A stretch of DNA of 64,000 nt from assembly GCA_964057225.1 (NCBI GenBank), contig OZ059896.1, forward strand, positions 17,608,001 to 17,672,000, written 5' to 3'. Source of the DNA: Auanema rhodensis. Taxonomy: Eukaryota; Animalia; Nematoda. A program made the translations under genes and the position numbers. The notes beneath the pieces were generated by a model. It made no database searches, had not been told where the DNA came from, and was given only the letters and a program-made list of their open reading frames with translations. Shown here piece after piece: positions 47,540 to 60,399 of this stretch. Within the stretch, counting starts at the first letter, position 1; the number at the start of each line of letters is the position of its first letter.

Positions 47540-48733
47540 CAAAAGAAAAAGAGCACGAGGAGATAGGGAAAGTTCTTTGGAGCAGAGCATGCTCCATCAT
47601 CAGGGTGGCCGACGTTAGAACGACGAAGTTGGCTGCAGCCGGAAAAGCCAACGAGCCTCTGACGTCATAAGAGGATGTAGATGGCTAAGGACGCAGAGAA
47701 TAGAGAAGTAGCATATGAAGGAAAAAGAAGAAAATGAAAGAGCAAGGAGGGTCTACGACAAAGATGTCGGAGCCTGAAGAAAACGAGGCCGAAGAATGAG
47801 AAGAAGAGCAGAAGAAGGACGGAAGACATGATGGACCAATCCTTGCCATAAACGTTTAGTGAAGTACTCAAACTGGCTATTGGCCAGTTGTGTGTAAAGA
47901 AAATTAATCGTATTTGTAGGTAAAACAATAGAAAACGACAAAAATAACGTTTTTGAATGAAGAAGGTTTCAAAGTAAGATGTGAAGAGCTATTTTTCTGA
48001 TTTGTCTTTACAAATATTTCGAGAAAAAGAATAAATAGTATAGTTAACATATAGTTATCTCAGCAATAGTATATTTGAAATTCCTAGAAATCTTTATATG
48101 TGTATGCAACTATGATGAATGAAAATCGATCAAAAAATGGATATTTTTCAAAAAAAACATATCTAACTCATTCATCTCAATTTGTGCTTACAAACATATG
48201 TTCAGGCTTCCATTTTGATTTTTAAATATATTTTTTACGTTTTAAATTTATTTAGCTTCGAAATTTCATAATCTGATTAAATATATTCATCATATATTCA
48301 AAGAATTTTTGATTATATATATAAATATATATTTAAAGGTAAATGTTAATCGGAGAAAAAGAGCCTGAACGTGCTCTGGAGCTCTGTCTGATTCTTGGAG
48401 CAAGGATGGAGTTGGCCGAGCTACTGCGTGGGGCCTTTACGCGGCTCTCACCATCTCCTTTCTTTCTCTTTCTCTCTATCTCCAACTTTCATACGCTGTC
48501 TGACATTTGTTCCGTTTCTTGTTCCATTGCTGCCTCAACATAATGTGCTAGTGAGGGAGGCAAGCTTTTTCCTTTTTCTCCCTCAATTTTCTCTGGCTCC
48601 TCGCCTTCCCTCATTTCTCGTTTCAGTATGTAGTTCTATTTCTCTGCTATGCTTTCTTTCTTTGCCTTTGTGCTAGCAACATCCATACTATTTTCTGAAA
48701 ACTTACTATATGTGTACATCTCTCTCTCTTTCA

Positions 48734-48783
<50 letters not shown>

Positions 48784-49875
48784 CTCTTTCACTATTTCTC
48801 TCTTACTTGCCTTTCTCTAGACACATACCGCATCCATACATGGAAATGCCTCAGCTATGGCATATCTAGTAAGCCTTCTTCTTTCTCTTCATCTTCTCTT
48901 TTCTCCTTTTTAAACGTCCACTTTCTAAAGTCTTATGAGAATTATGGCTAAAATGAAAAGCTTCATCTGTTTAAACTTTGAATTTGAATTTCCATATTTT
49001 TATCTTGGAAATTCGATAAACCTTGTTGAAAAACTACCTCTTTGCTGCCTCTGACATCATTCTATTGAAGCAGAGGACTATCATGGCAGCACAAGAGTGT
49101 GGGCATGCTTTAACATCTCCGCTCAAGCTAAAGCCAAAAAATTTGTTTTTCGACCAAAATACCAACAGCAATGACTGAAGATCAAAAAAAAACTTGAGAT
49201 TGCTTTAGAATCTATATGATTCAACAACATTCGTTCCTTTTTTAATTTCATTTTTTTTAAAAATTTGTTGTTGATTGATGGATGGATGGATCGGTCGATC
49301 GACCTAATAATCAATATTTAAAGCAGATGTTTAAATCAAGAATTAAATTTCGAATAAAGAAGAAAGATTTCAAGGAAAATGAAGCAGATTTAAAAGAAAA
49401 AAATAAAGACATTTAAAGATGTTTAAGAAAGTTGGATGAGATGATACACGAAATAGGATACTTTAATGCAAGGGACGAGAAACTATTGGAAGAGTTAACA
49501 TTCCTCTCTCTTTCATTTTTTTTCAAATTAACTTTAGAATATTAAAGAATAAGCAAAGGAAAATTATAAAAATCTATAAAATTATTTGAAAAGAAAGTCT
49601 AATCATAATGATTTTTACGCATCATATGAAATAATAAAAAAATACTAATAAAAATAATTTCACACAGCATCAATAAGATTTTTATGAAGAATCAGAGATA
49701 AGAATGATGTTATCAAACTAAAACACAAAAAAATGAAATAGAAAGTTTTTGTTGTAGAAACAAAATAAAAAAGGAAATAGTTAAATATATATGAATATAT
49801 AATACATACATATTGTATTTTAAAACAATAATTGAAAAATTATTATTTTTGTAAATATAATCTTTAACTTATATA

Positions 49876-49882
<7 letters not shown>

Positions 49883-49945
<63 letters not shown>
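49883..49945. repeat. (TA)n microsatellite
   Basis: Pure TA run. Confidence 0.95.
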
Positions 49946-49958
<13 letters not shown>

Positions 49959-52900
49959 ATATTATATGTATATATAAATTTTATTTATATAATATATACC
50001 TAAGTATAATAATATCTAGGTAATGTTCAATTAGACAAGCATATATTGGGTTAGTAAAGATTATAATATGATAACAGCTGAATATGCTCTTATCTATATC
50101 AATTTAATTCTTTACTTCTTTTCAACTTCTTCCGCTTTTTCTCAATTTTAATATCGTACTGTTCAGAAAGCAGCTTCTTGCTGTGGTAATCTACCATTTT
50201 ATTATTTCATTCGATGTTCTTGTAGCTGCCATCCTCTATCTATCTGTGTATCTGATTCTCTCACTCTGATTATTTTTGCCTCTCTTCCATTCTCCCTCTC
50301 TCTGTCTCTCTCGCTCTCTCTACAATTTATGTCATTTCACTTATAATAATGTGTACTCTCATTCTATTTGTAAAGTAAAAAGAAATCTTAAAACATGAAT
50401 TTTTAGATGAAGACCAGGGCAGCGTTTTCAATATTCTTCATGATATTAAGGCGAAACTGAAATGAATAAATATAAGAATTTTAATATTAAATTAACTTTT
50501 GATTGAAAGAGAAATACGAAATTATGTTCGCGAGATGAACAGGAGAAACAGTTGAAAGCAATGAAATAGCAGGAAAAGAGATGAAAGTTGAAGTAAGAGC
50601 TTAAAGAAGAAGAGAAAGAGAAAAGAAAAAACAAGTCCATTGACCGAACGAAGTACGTAAAGAATAGCATGGAAGAGTACAAGAAAAAAAACAAAAAATA
50701 AAGAAGAAAAGGAAAAAGAATATGAAGGTTATGAGAGAAAACAGTCTAAACTGTAAATATATGTATGTAATGTAATTATTACAATAATTATAAAATATTC
50801 AGTCATGAATAGTATAAAACATAAAGATGAAGAAGAATAATCAAATCTGATGAAGAAAAAGTTTAAAAAAAGTTTGAAAGAGCAACAATCATAAAGAAAA
50901 TTTCAAACAATTTTGTATTAAATCAAATCTATATGGAAGGGAAATAGAGATTTGCATGAATTTTCATCTGAGAAGGATGAGCAGAGTAATTTGAAAATCA
51001 GAAAGTAGTAGATGGAATGGGATGCAGAGAGAATGTGGTGAGGGAACGAATGTAAGAGGGAAAGCAAGATAGAAGGGCAGACAACGGAGAAGGCAATGAT
51101 GAAAGAGAGAGGGAGTTAGCGATGAAAAGGTGAGAACGAATGACTTTATCACCTATTTATATGAATCATGAACGTATTATAAGCTTTTTTTGTCAAAAAT
51201 AAAAAGGTGAATGAAAAAGCATATGTATAGAAGAGACACAGAGAGAAAAAATAAAAGGGATGAAATGAGAGGGAGTAAGATATGACAGAAGAAAGAAAAG
51301 AGAGCAAGGAATGACCAATGATGAACTATAGAGTATTAGACCGTTTATCAATACTGATCAAAATATTTTATAATTGAGGGGAGGGTGGGGGAGAATAATC
51401 TATAAAATAAATTTTAATAATAAGAGGCTGGGCATAGATTCAAAAAAATGAATTTTCAATAAAGAAAAAGGACTCTTTGGGAACCGAATGTTAAGACTGA
51501 GAGCTAGTAAGAGGAAGGAAGATTGAGTAAGGAAAAGAGAGAGAGAGGGAGGGGGATGGAAGAGAAGAGATGAGCAAAATGGACAAATCAAAATCGAAAA
51601 ACTTCCATTTTAGTCGTTTTATTGACCAAGAGCAAGTGGGATACTTCTTTTTTTATGAATACAACTTTGATTAGACTTTTTCTTTAAAATAGAGAGAACT
51701 CTAAGATGAATATAACGAATGAGTTGGAAGAAATAGGAAAGATATAGTAGAGAAGACAAAAAAGTCAATGAGCTCGAACTATAAACAACATTGTAGAGAA
51801 AAAATATGAAGAAGCCTAACTTTTGTGCTGGTATTACTAATGAAAAAATGAAAAAGAAGAGGATGGAGTTACGTTATTTTTTTTCTATGGAATGAGAATG
51901 TCTTAGTATTCTCTAGAAAAAGGAGAAGAAGAATAAAACTTTGAAAAAACATCGAAAGAATAATAAAAAAGGCGAAAAAATGAAAATTATTTTGCCTTCT
52001 TACAAGTGACTCCATTTCTTTTCAGGTTCCTTTCGCAGTTGCAACATTTCTTCTTCGTCTTTGCTCTTTTTTTTTCGATTCCTCTACTATACTTGATGCC
52101 ATTTTTAGCAGCAAAACACGAAAAAGTCGGCTACAAGAAGCTTTGGATATAGATAGGTATGATGAAGCTCATTGATAGAAAAATGAATATAGAGAAGTAT
52201 ATAAGACAAAAAAGAACATGAAAAAACCGAGAAAGAAAAAGAAAACGAGGAACAAGATGATGTGTTATGACAACAACAATTCAGAGTCATCAAGAATGGA
52301 TCACAACCTGATAGATTCCGTACATGAAAAATGAAAAAAAACAGAAGACTATAAGAAGGTTATACGCACGAAAAAGGAAGAGAGGGATAGAAAGAAAGAA
52401 AGGGAGAGATTGATAGAGAGAGAAAGAGAGAAAGAGAGAGTGAGAGTGAGAGAGAGAGAGAGTGAGAGAGATAGAGAAAAGAGAGATCGAGAGAGAGGGA
52501 GAGAGAGAAGAGAGAAAAATGTCAGAAAAAGCTGAAGGCGATAACGAATAGCTTGCAACCAGAAAATGAACCGTTTTTCTTTCTTTTTGTGAAAAGATGA
52601 AAAGAAACTAAAGAATTTTTAAAAGAGTTCATTAGAAAATTTCTGTCATGCATTGTTTGTCAATGAAATAACTCATCTTATAGTTCAATTTGTGAAAAAA
52701 AAGATAAAAATCTAGAAGAAAGAATTTCGATGAAGTTTTCTTTTATTAGTTTTTCATGTTTAATATGCAAAATATGAAAAATTGTTATTATTTCGAAGTA
52801 TCAAAGTATGAAAAGAATTACTATACATAGATCTTTCGGTACAAACAAATAATTCAAAATATAGAAACAATACAGTTCTGGTTAATTCATAGAAATAAAA

Positions 52901-53569
52901 TATAAGATACCAATATTAGCGGGTGGTCTGAAAATAGTATATTCTGTTTGTCTTTTGATAAGAAAAATTTATAGAGTTTGATATTATATAATTAACGTGA
53001 AAAATAGCATAAACATCAATTTAATCGAAAAGTGAATGTATATTCTAAGAAATATGAAAATTCAGAAGAAAAAAGAAAGAAAGAAATAAGTAAAGCAGAA
53101 CAAAATTACTAACCGCTTCATATGTTGCAACAAACATGAATGATTTTGAATATTCAACATTTCTTTTAAATTTTTAAAATTAAGTGAAATCGGAAAAATG
53201 TTGTTTTCGGAGTTTAATCAGCTATTACATACAACAACATATTTATTTATAATAATTGTAAAATCCCCCTTCCCTTCCCATTCACTCTCTTCTCTTGCTT
53301 CTCATATATTAGCGGATAAAATTGATATATATATATATATATATATAAAATTGTGTTTTTTTTCATAATCTTGCCTTTATGGTGCAAAACTTCAAAAACG
53401 ACAAAAATTTCGTATTTTCTCGTTATTTTGGCTTCGAAAATGATGTTGGAATGTGAGGTAGACAAGACGAGGATATAATGAAAGAGATATACTATGTACA
53501 AATGACAAAACCTATCAATTTTCTTTTGAGCTTTCAAAAACTATATTTTTCTAGAGAGTGAAAGAAAGA

Positions 53570-53690
53570 GGTAGAGAGAGAGAGAGTGAGTAAGAGAGAG
53601 AGAGTGAGTAAGAGGTAGAGAGAGAGAATTGAGAGAGTTTGAGATAGAGAGAGAATTGAGAGAGTGTGAGATAGAGAGAGAGAGAGAGTA
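53570..53690. repeat. AG-rich higher-order tandem repeats (units like GAGATAGAGAGAGAATTGAGAGAGT(T/G)T)
   Basis: 2-3 copies of ~27-nt and ~17-nt units derived from AG microsatellite. Confidence 0.75.
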
Positions 53691-55117
53691 ATAACAAATG
53701 AGAGATCATCGAGAGAGAGAGAGGGGAAAGAGAGAGAAGGAGAGATCGACAGACAAGAAAGGTAGAAAGAATAAAGAGAGAATTGCTATAAAAAACGGAG
53801 AGTCAACCTAAAAAAGAGTTAATGAAGTAAAGAGGAAGATAGATAGTAAGTGAATAAAAACAATAGAATAGAAAGCAAGGAGGAAAAAAATTGTTTTATC
53901 GAAAAACTGTGGCTGATATGGTAATAGTAAGGATAGATCTATTGATAATTCACAATTTTGTCTAATAAACAAAGACAATAATAATAATAGTACTAGTAGA
54001 GAAAAAAAGATGAAAATAAAGAAGCTTGTTTATCCGAACATAACATAACTTAAAGCTGATCTACTACTCTAACCCAAAGCGTCTTAGTCAAAGCACAAGG
54101 CTTTCCATCATTTTTAAATTCAAGCGACTACTTTGTAGTTTTTGCAGTCATCCCAGTCTCTACAGCAGCAGAGGCAGTGGCACCAGACCCAATACATACA
54201 TATAAAAGAAAAAATAGAATATATGTGCATATACATAGGAGATATATGTATATACATATGAAGTGGATGGAAGTGAGAGAGGGCTAGAAGAGGACGAAAA
54301 GAAGGGGCCGAAGACGAAGCGGTAGAATGGAGGAGGAGGGGTGAGAAGAAGTGACTGCCCCTAGAAGGCTGCGCCAGGAGAGAGGGGGAAGATGGAACGA
54401 CTCTCGTGAAGCAACTGTCATCTCAAACTTTCGGCTTTCCAAAGAATGCTTTTCCCAGGAGAAACTATTGGTCAATAGCTCTAGCTCATAAGAGAGAGCA
54501 CAAAAAGGACTAAGGGGGGGGGTGAAAGATGAAAAAGAAAAAGAGAAAGAGAGGAGTAAGAGAGTTAGATTGCCAGTAACATTAATACAGAGATCAACAT
54601 TATTTCTGCAACCAAATATTTTCGATTTCCGTGAAAAATGGCTTCGAAAAGGTAGTTTCCTTGGCAAGATGCGAGCATAGACAATTAGAAGGGACTGTGT
54701 GTGAAAACTGAATGATTACAAAAAGTTGGAAAGGAAGGAAGGAAGGAAAGAAATAAATTTTTTTTCTATTGAAAGAAAGTGAGACTAAAATGGACATAAA
54801 GAGAAAATGATGAAAATATGGAAAGAGAGGGAGCGAGAGAAATAGAGAGAGTTGGCTCTATAAGAATATAGTGGAGACATATAGAGAGTGAAAATGAAGG
54901 AAAGATACAAGAGAATAAAAGATAGAGAGAGAGAGAGAGAGCAGGGGAGACAGACGGAAGGAAATACATGATTCAAACATAAACATGATATAAAAAATTT
55001 ATGAAAAACACATTGACTAAAAGTCTAAACGACAATGAGAAAACAAATGCGTTTTTTCTGTCGATTGACCATCCACAAACTTCAAGTCTTCAGCTATATA
55101 TTTACAGTTAAAGAATC

Positions 55118-55121
<4 letters not shown>

Positions 55122-55178
<57 letters not shown>
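55122..55178. repeat. (TA)n microsatellite
   Basis: Pure TA run. Confidence 0.95.
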
Positions 55179-55182
<4 letters not shown>

Positions 55183-58100
55183 AGTATAATATTATATTAT
55201 ATATTATATATGTGTGCATGGGTGTGTGCATGTACATGTGTGTATGTGTATTTCTATACAAAGCTATGTTTGTATCTTTTCTGACTAAATTTTCTATCTT
55301 TGATCTACATAATAGTTCTTGGGTTTCAATTTTTCTTTTCCTTTTCCCCATCGACCAAAACTGTGTAGTAGATGGGAAAAAAATCATTGAGTTGTCTATA
55401 AGTAGATGCATATGGTGTGTGTATTATGTTTTAAGTTTTGTGTATATGCTGTTGTGTACTTCAAGAGAAAACCTGAGCGCTTACTTTAATTTTTTTTTAA
55501 TAAAAAGTTGTATACTACATATAAATAAATAAATGAATATATATATATATATATATACTATACTATACTATACTGGTGATGAGGAGGAGGAGGCTTACGA
55601 AAATATACAGGATTGTTTTGAAGGTTATTTCAATGAAAAAAATGTTCTACAACACAAAAAATTCTCCTTTTTTGGTATGAAATTCGAAGAAATGGGAGAA
55701 AAGACAAAGCCTTGAAAAAGGAAATTATTGATGAGAGTAAAAGAATGAAATGACCGCTAGGGTTTGTCTAGGGATACAAAGCCGGGAGCACGTTAAATGT
55801 AGTGGTAAAGCTTCAACTCTATGGAGAAAAGAAAAAAGAGTGAATAAGGGACGGAGAGGTAACGAAGCTGAGAGTAACAAGACTTAAAATGCAATGATAA
55901 ATAGAGAAGTTTTGTGTGTGTGTGAGAGAGAGGAAATAGATGCAAAAAAAAGAACTTTAAAAGGTTCTGAAAAATTGAATTCAACGTGTGGTCCGGATGA
56001 CGAAAGAAGTTAGAAGAAGAGATCACCCAATCAGGGAAAACTTTGATCAGAGCTATTGGTAGTTCAGGCTATTGAGATGGACAAGGAGAGAAAAATATGA
56101 GAGAGAAGAAAGAGAGAGAGAGATAGAAAGAAAGAAAGAATTTGAGGGAGAGAGAAAGAGAAAAGAAAGAATAGAAAGAGAGAGCGAGAGAGAAAAAGTG
56201 TTAGAAAGAGAGAGGTAGGTATGAAAAAGTCACCAATGAATGCTTGGAAAAAAATGAGTAGCAGAGGTGACAAATGGAGATTGTGCCATTTAGTTTTGGC
56301 AATGATGGCTGTTGTCAGATCGGCGTATTACAATCCTTTAAGAAGCCTAAGCTGAACATATGGCTTCTCATTTTCTTCTTGGGACTTCTGTCTCTCTCTT
56401 TCTCTTTGTCTTTGTGTCCAGTCCTCATATCTTTCTTTAGGTGAAGTTTCTTCCGCGTTCTTTTCTCTCTCTTTCCATCTACTAGGTATATCTTGTTTTC
56501 TCTGTTGTCTCTGTAAAAACTTCGAATTCATCTCAATATCTCCCCTCTTACTCTCTCTCTTTGCTCTAGAATTTTACCCATTTTACTTATTTATTTTTCT
56601 TGCCATAGCCAGCTCATTCTCTTTTTCCTCTCCCAGTATTTCTGCCAACGAGGAGAATGAAAAGAATTCGACCTTCCCAAAGATATATGTATATATAGAG
56701 AGATAAATAGAGAGAAAAACAGAAAAAGAGGGTGAGAGAGAGAGAGGAAAAGTAGAGAAATAAGTAGGAAAAGAGATAGATTGAGAGATTGGGAGATTGA
56801 GAGGGATGATGCTTAGAACAGACTCACATCCACGGTTCGCACGCATACATGAGTTTATCTGGGTTGTGTTCTGCCTGGGTTAAGAAAGATCCTCAACTAT
56901 ATTACGAGGCTATTTTTTTACAAAACAGCAGGTGTTCTATTGCCTTCTAGCTTAAGATGAATAAAGAAGCCATAAACAAATTTTTTCTCAGGAAAATTTA
57001 ATTATTTTGTTGTTTAATGAATAATAATCATTGCGTTAGTGGTGTATAGAACTTCATGAAACATACATTGCACTTTGATTAGATGTCGAACATCCTACAC
57101 CTAAACCTAGTATGATTAGGTCGAAATTGAAATGATTGATAGAAAATGGTAGAAAACTGGCCAAGTCCATGACAAGTATAGACCAATAAAGTTCAAGTTG
57201 CAGTTAAAAACTCAATCAGTTACTCTTTCAAGTTTGGACAAAAATGTGAAAAGCATTATAAACAGATTATATGTATATTGATACTTTCATTTTTTAAATT
57301 GAAATGAATGTTTTCATGAAAATAAATAAAAGTTTCTAAGAAATTGTTTTTGATTCCAATAAAATATCAAATATAATCTAATACAACGAATATACATGAG
57401 AACAAGAAAAAAAGGAAATTGTTACTTTTGAATTCTTCAACTTCAGATGGCTAGAAGCTAACGGCAAATTATAACGTTATTCACTTCATTTCTACAAATG
57501 TCAGGCACATGAATGGGTTCTTCACAGGAAGAAAAAAAAGTTTTGTTTCTTTTGACGACTCTCGATCGCGAAACAATCGAGATCTCTCTCCCCTCTCTTT
57601 CTCTTTCTCTCTCTAAGGCTCTCTCGATTAGCAAATTAGTAAAATTCATGTCATTGAAAACACTACTATTGTATAAATCATTCAAAATGTTGATGTTATC
57701 TGATAAATTTGTTAACTATGTGTGTGTAGTTTAATTATAATAATAAAAATTATTTTTTAAAATGAATCATGTGATGAAATGAATGATATCACTTCCGCTA
57801 TTGATAAAATTGTTTCTAATACTTTACTTACTAAGATGAAAATTATATTGCTATGAATAAGAAAGCTATTTACGATGACAAGAATGTTGAGCCATCAATG
57901 AAAATGCGAACCAGTAACTAGTTGGTTGCATAAAGAGAGATAAAGAGAAAGATAGATATATAGAAAGGGTAAAAGAGGGGGGGGAAGAGAAAGAGAGAGA
58001 AACTGAGAACGAGGCAGAGAGAAGGTTATCAAGAGTAAAACAGATAGGATGGAAAGGTGGGAGGCTGGGGGTGGAGGATAGCTGATGACTGCTGTTCTAG

Positions 58101-58667
58101 CTCGTCCGATTACATTACTTCAGAAAAGGATAAAAAAGGAAATATTATACAACTAGATTGGATGTGCGAATGCGTGTACGTATATGTGTATAGAGCTGTG
58201 ACAAGATTTTCGGGAGAAAGAAGGAGAGGGGGTATTGTGGGAGGAGGCCAGTAGTTGCATGCTTGCAAGGGCATATGCTGGAGTACGGCATTCAGAGATC
58301 TCTTCGAGAACTAGAAGTTAACTTAGTAAATGACCAAAAAACTGATTATCGTTAGCAGCTCAACGTATTTGCTTGACTAATATAAAATAATAAAATAAAC
58401 TAAAAAGTTTTAAAAATTGAATAATAATAATAATTCAGAAGCCCATTAACAAGTGTAGACTGATGGCCTGTGAAATTTAACTCAACCGAATCATGTGATT
58501 TTTCCATTTTTTCCATTTTTTCTATAACAATGGAGAAATGGGAAAAAATTATAAAAATGCTGCAGTTTTGATAGTATGATTCAGTTATTGACATATATTG
58601 ACAAATGGTTTTGAACATCCCTGTTGTGAGAATGACCTTCAATAGAGATTTTGAAGAGAAATTATAA

Positions 58668-58680
58668 GAGAGAGAGAGAT

Positions 58681-58759
<79 letters not shown>

Positions 58760-58800
58760 AAGAGAGAGAAAGAGAGAGAAAGAGAAAGAAAGAGAGAGGG
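58668..58800. repeat. (AG)n microsatellite grading into (AGAGAGAGAA)n
   Basis: About 60 nt pure AG, then 10-nt units. Confidence 0.92.
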
Positions 58801-60351
58801 AGAGTGAAATACAGAGAAAATTTGCAATAGATGAAATGAGAGAAGCTTGATGTAGATTGAGCTTTAAAGAGAGAGATAACGACGAGTACATCAAATCGAA
58901 TGAGAGGGCATCAAAGATAGGAAGAAAAAAACAAAAAACTGTGTGAAGTGAAGAAAGCATTGAGGGTGGAAAGAGAGAAATAGAGGTGTGAAAGAGAGAG
59001 AGAGAGAGAGGTGCGTAGGTAGAAGTATGAAAAGAAAGAAAGAAAAAGAGAGGAAAAGACAGAGAGAAAAAGAGCAAAAGATTGTGAAGGAAGGAACTTG
59101 ACGATTGTATTTCTCCGCTTAAAAACTAAACTGGTATGCTTCAAATGCTCCATGTTAGTTGTTAAAATTGAAAATATTCATATTTTTGTTAAAAAAAAAC
59201 TTTTTTCTCTGAAAATTCTGCTAAACCTATTCGAAAATGGATACATTACTTCCATGAAAGGAAACACATCGAAACGTGCAGCAAGCCGTGAGAGCAGACA
59301 ATTGGTTAATGGCTTTGAATTTCCACTGGTCTCTTCGGCTTTCAGAAAGGATATTAGGTTTGCCACAGGCAGAAATTCAATGGTTTCAGGGGCAAAAAAG
59401 TCAGAAAGCGACGAGAAGAAAAATATTTCAAGTTGGTAAGTTGATAATTTTTTAAAAAAAAGTTAGAAAGTTATCTGAGAGGGGAGGAGTATGTGAAAGA
59501 GAAATTGAAGATATTTTTAAAAAGTGTTATCCTTTACCTCCTGTCTTGCTTTTTCTTGTCAGATGCGCTTGGAGAGCCGATCGAAGAACAAGATGGATTA
59601 AAGCTGACGATTCATTTAAGAAATTAAGAGAAAAAGAAAATTCTAGCTCTTTTTTCTGCTCGACACTCCGAAACAGAATTAAAGTTGGAAAAAGCGGTTT
59701 TAACTTTAGAAATATGCTCAGAAATGGGTGTGTATTTTAGACAAAATTAAAACTAAAATTATTTCAAATTTTAATATTTCAAAATAGATAAAAAAAAGGT
59801 AAAAATAAAATATTTAAAGTTGAGAAATGAACTGGAATAATTGGTCAGTTGTGATTCGGTCGAATGGTTTGCCAACAGAAATATGAAGCGAGTGAGGTTT
59901 CATAAAGAGAGACCTACAGAGAAGGAGATAGACATTGTGAAGAAAAGGATAACGAAGAGCTGAAAGAGAGAAAACCAGAAGATTGGAGAAAGGAGAAGAG
60001 AGGGAGCAGTGAAAAGGACAGATATAAATTGAGATATTGGGAAAGAGAAATGCAACAACAACGAGAGTTGGATTGAAAGCCCATGAAGAAAATTTATCTA
60101 TTTAGTTGTTATGAGACAATAACTCTTACGTTTTATTTTTAATTTTATGTTTATAGGATAAGGATTAAATCAAAATCAGGTATAATGGTTCAAGGTGGTG
60201 GAACACTGTCGAAGCACAATGAAAGGAGAAATGTAAGACAAGACTGATCTGAATGAAAAGCTCAACAAGAGATGATTGTGATAGAAAAAATAGAGAGAAG
60301 GAGACGTAGATAGACAGAAAGAAAGAAAGAGAGAGAAAGAGAGAGAAAGGT

Positions 60352-60399
<48 letters not shown>

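Noticed and set aside
56343-56352. AAGCCTAAGC, complementary to the nematode telomere repeat TTAGGC (possible telomerase RNA template)
   Set aside because: A single 10-mer match is near chance level in this much sequence, and no supporting pseudoknot or H/ACA domain was seen nearby.
58400-59077. 225-aa and many other S/L/F-rich or Y/I-rich ORFs across the window
   Set aside because: Translations of (TC)n, (AG)n and (TA)n low-complexity tracts.
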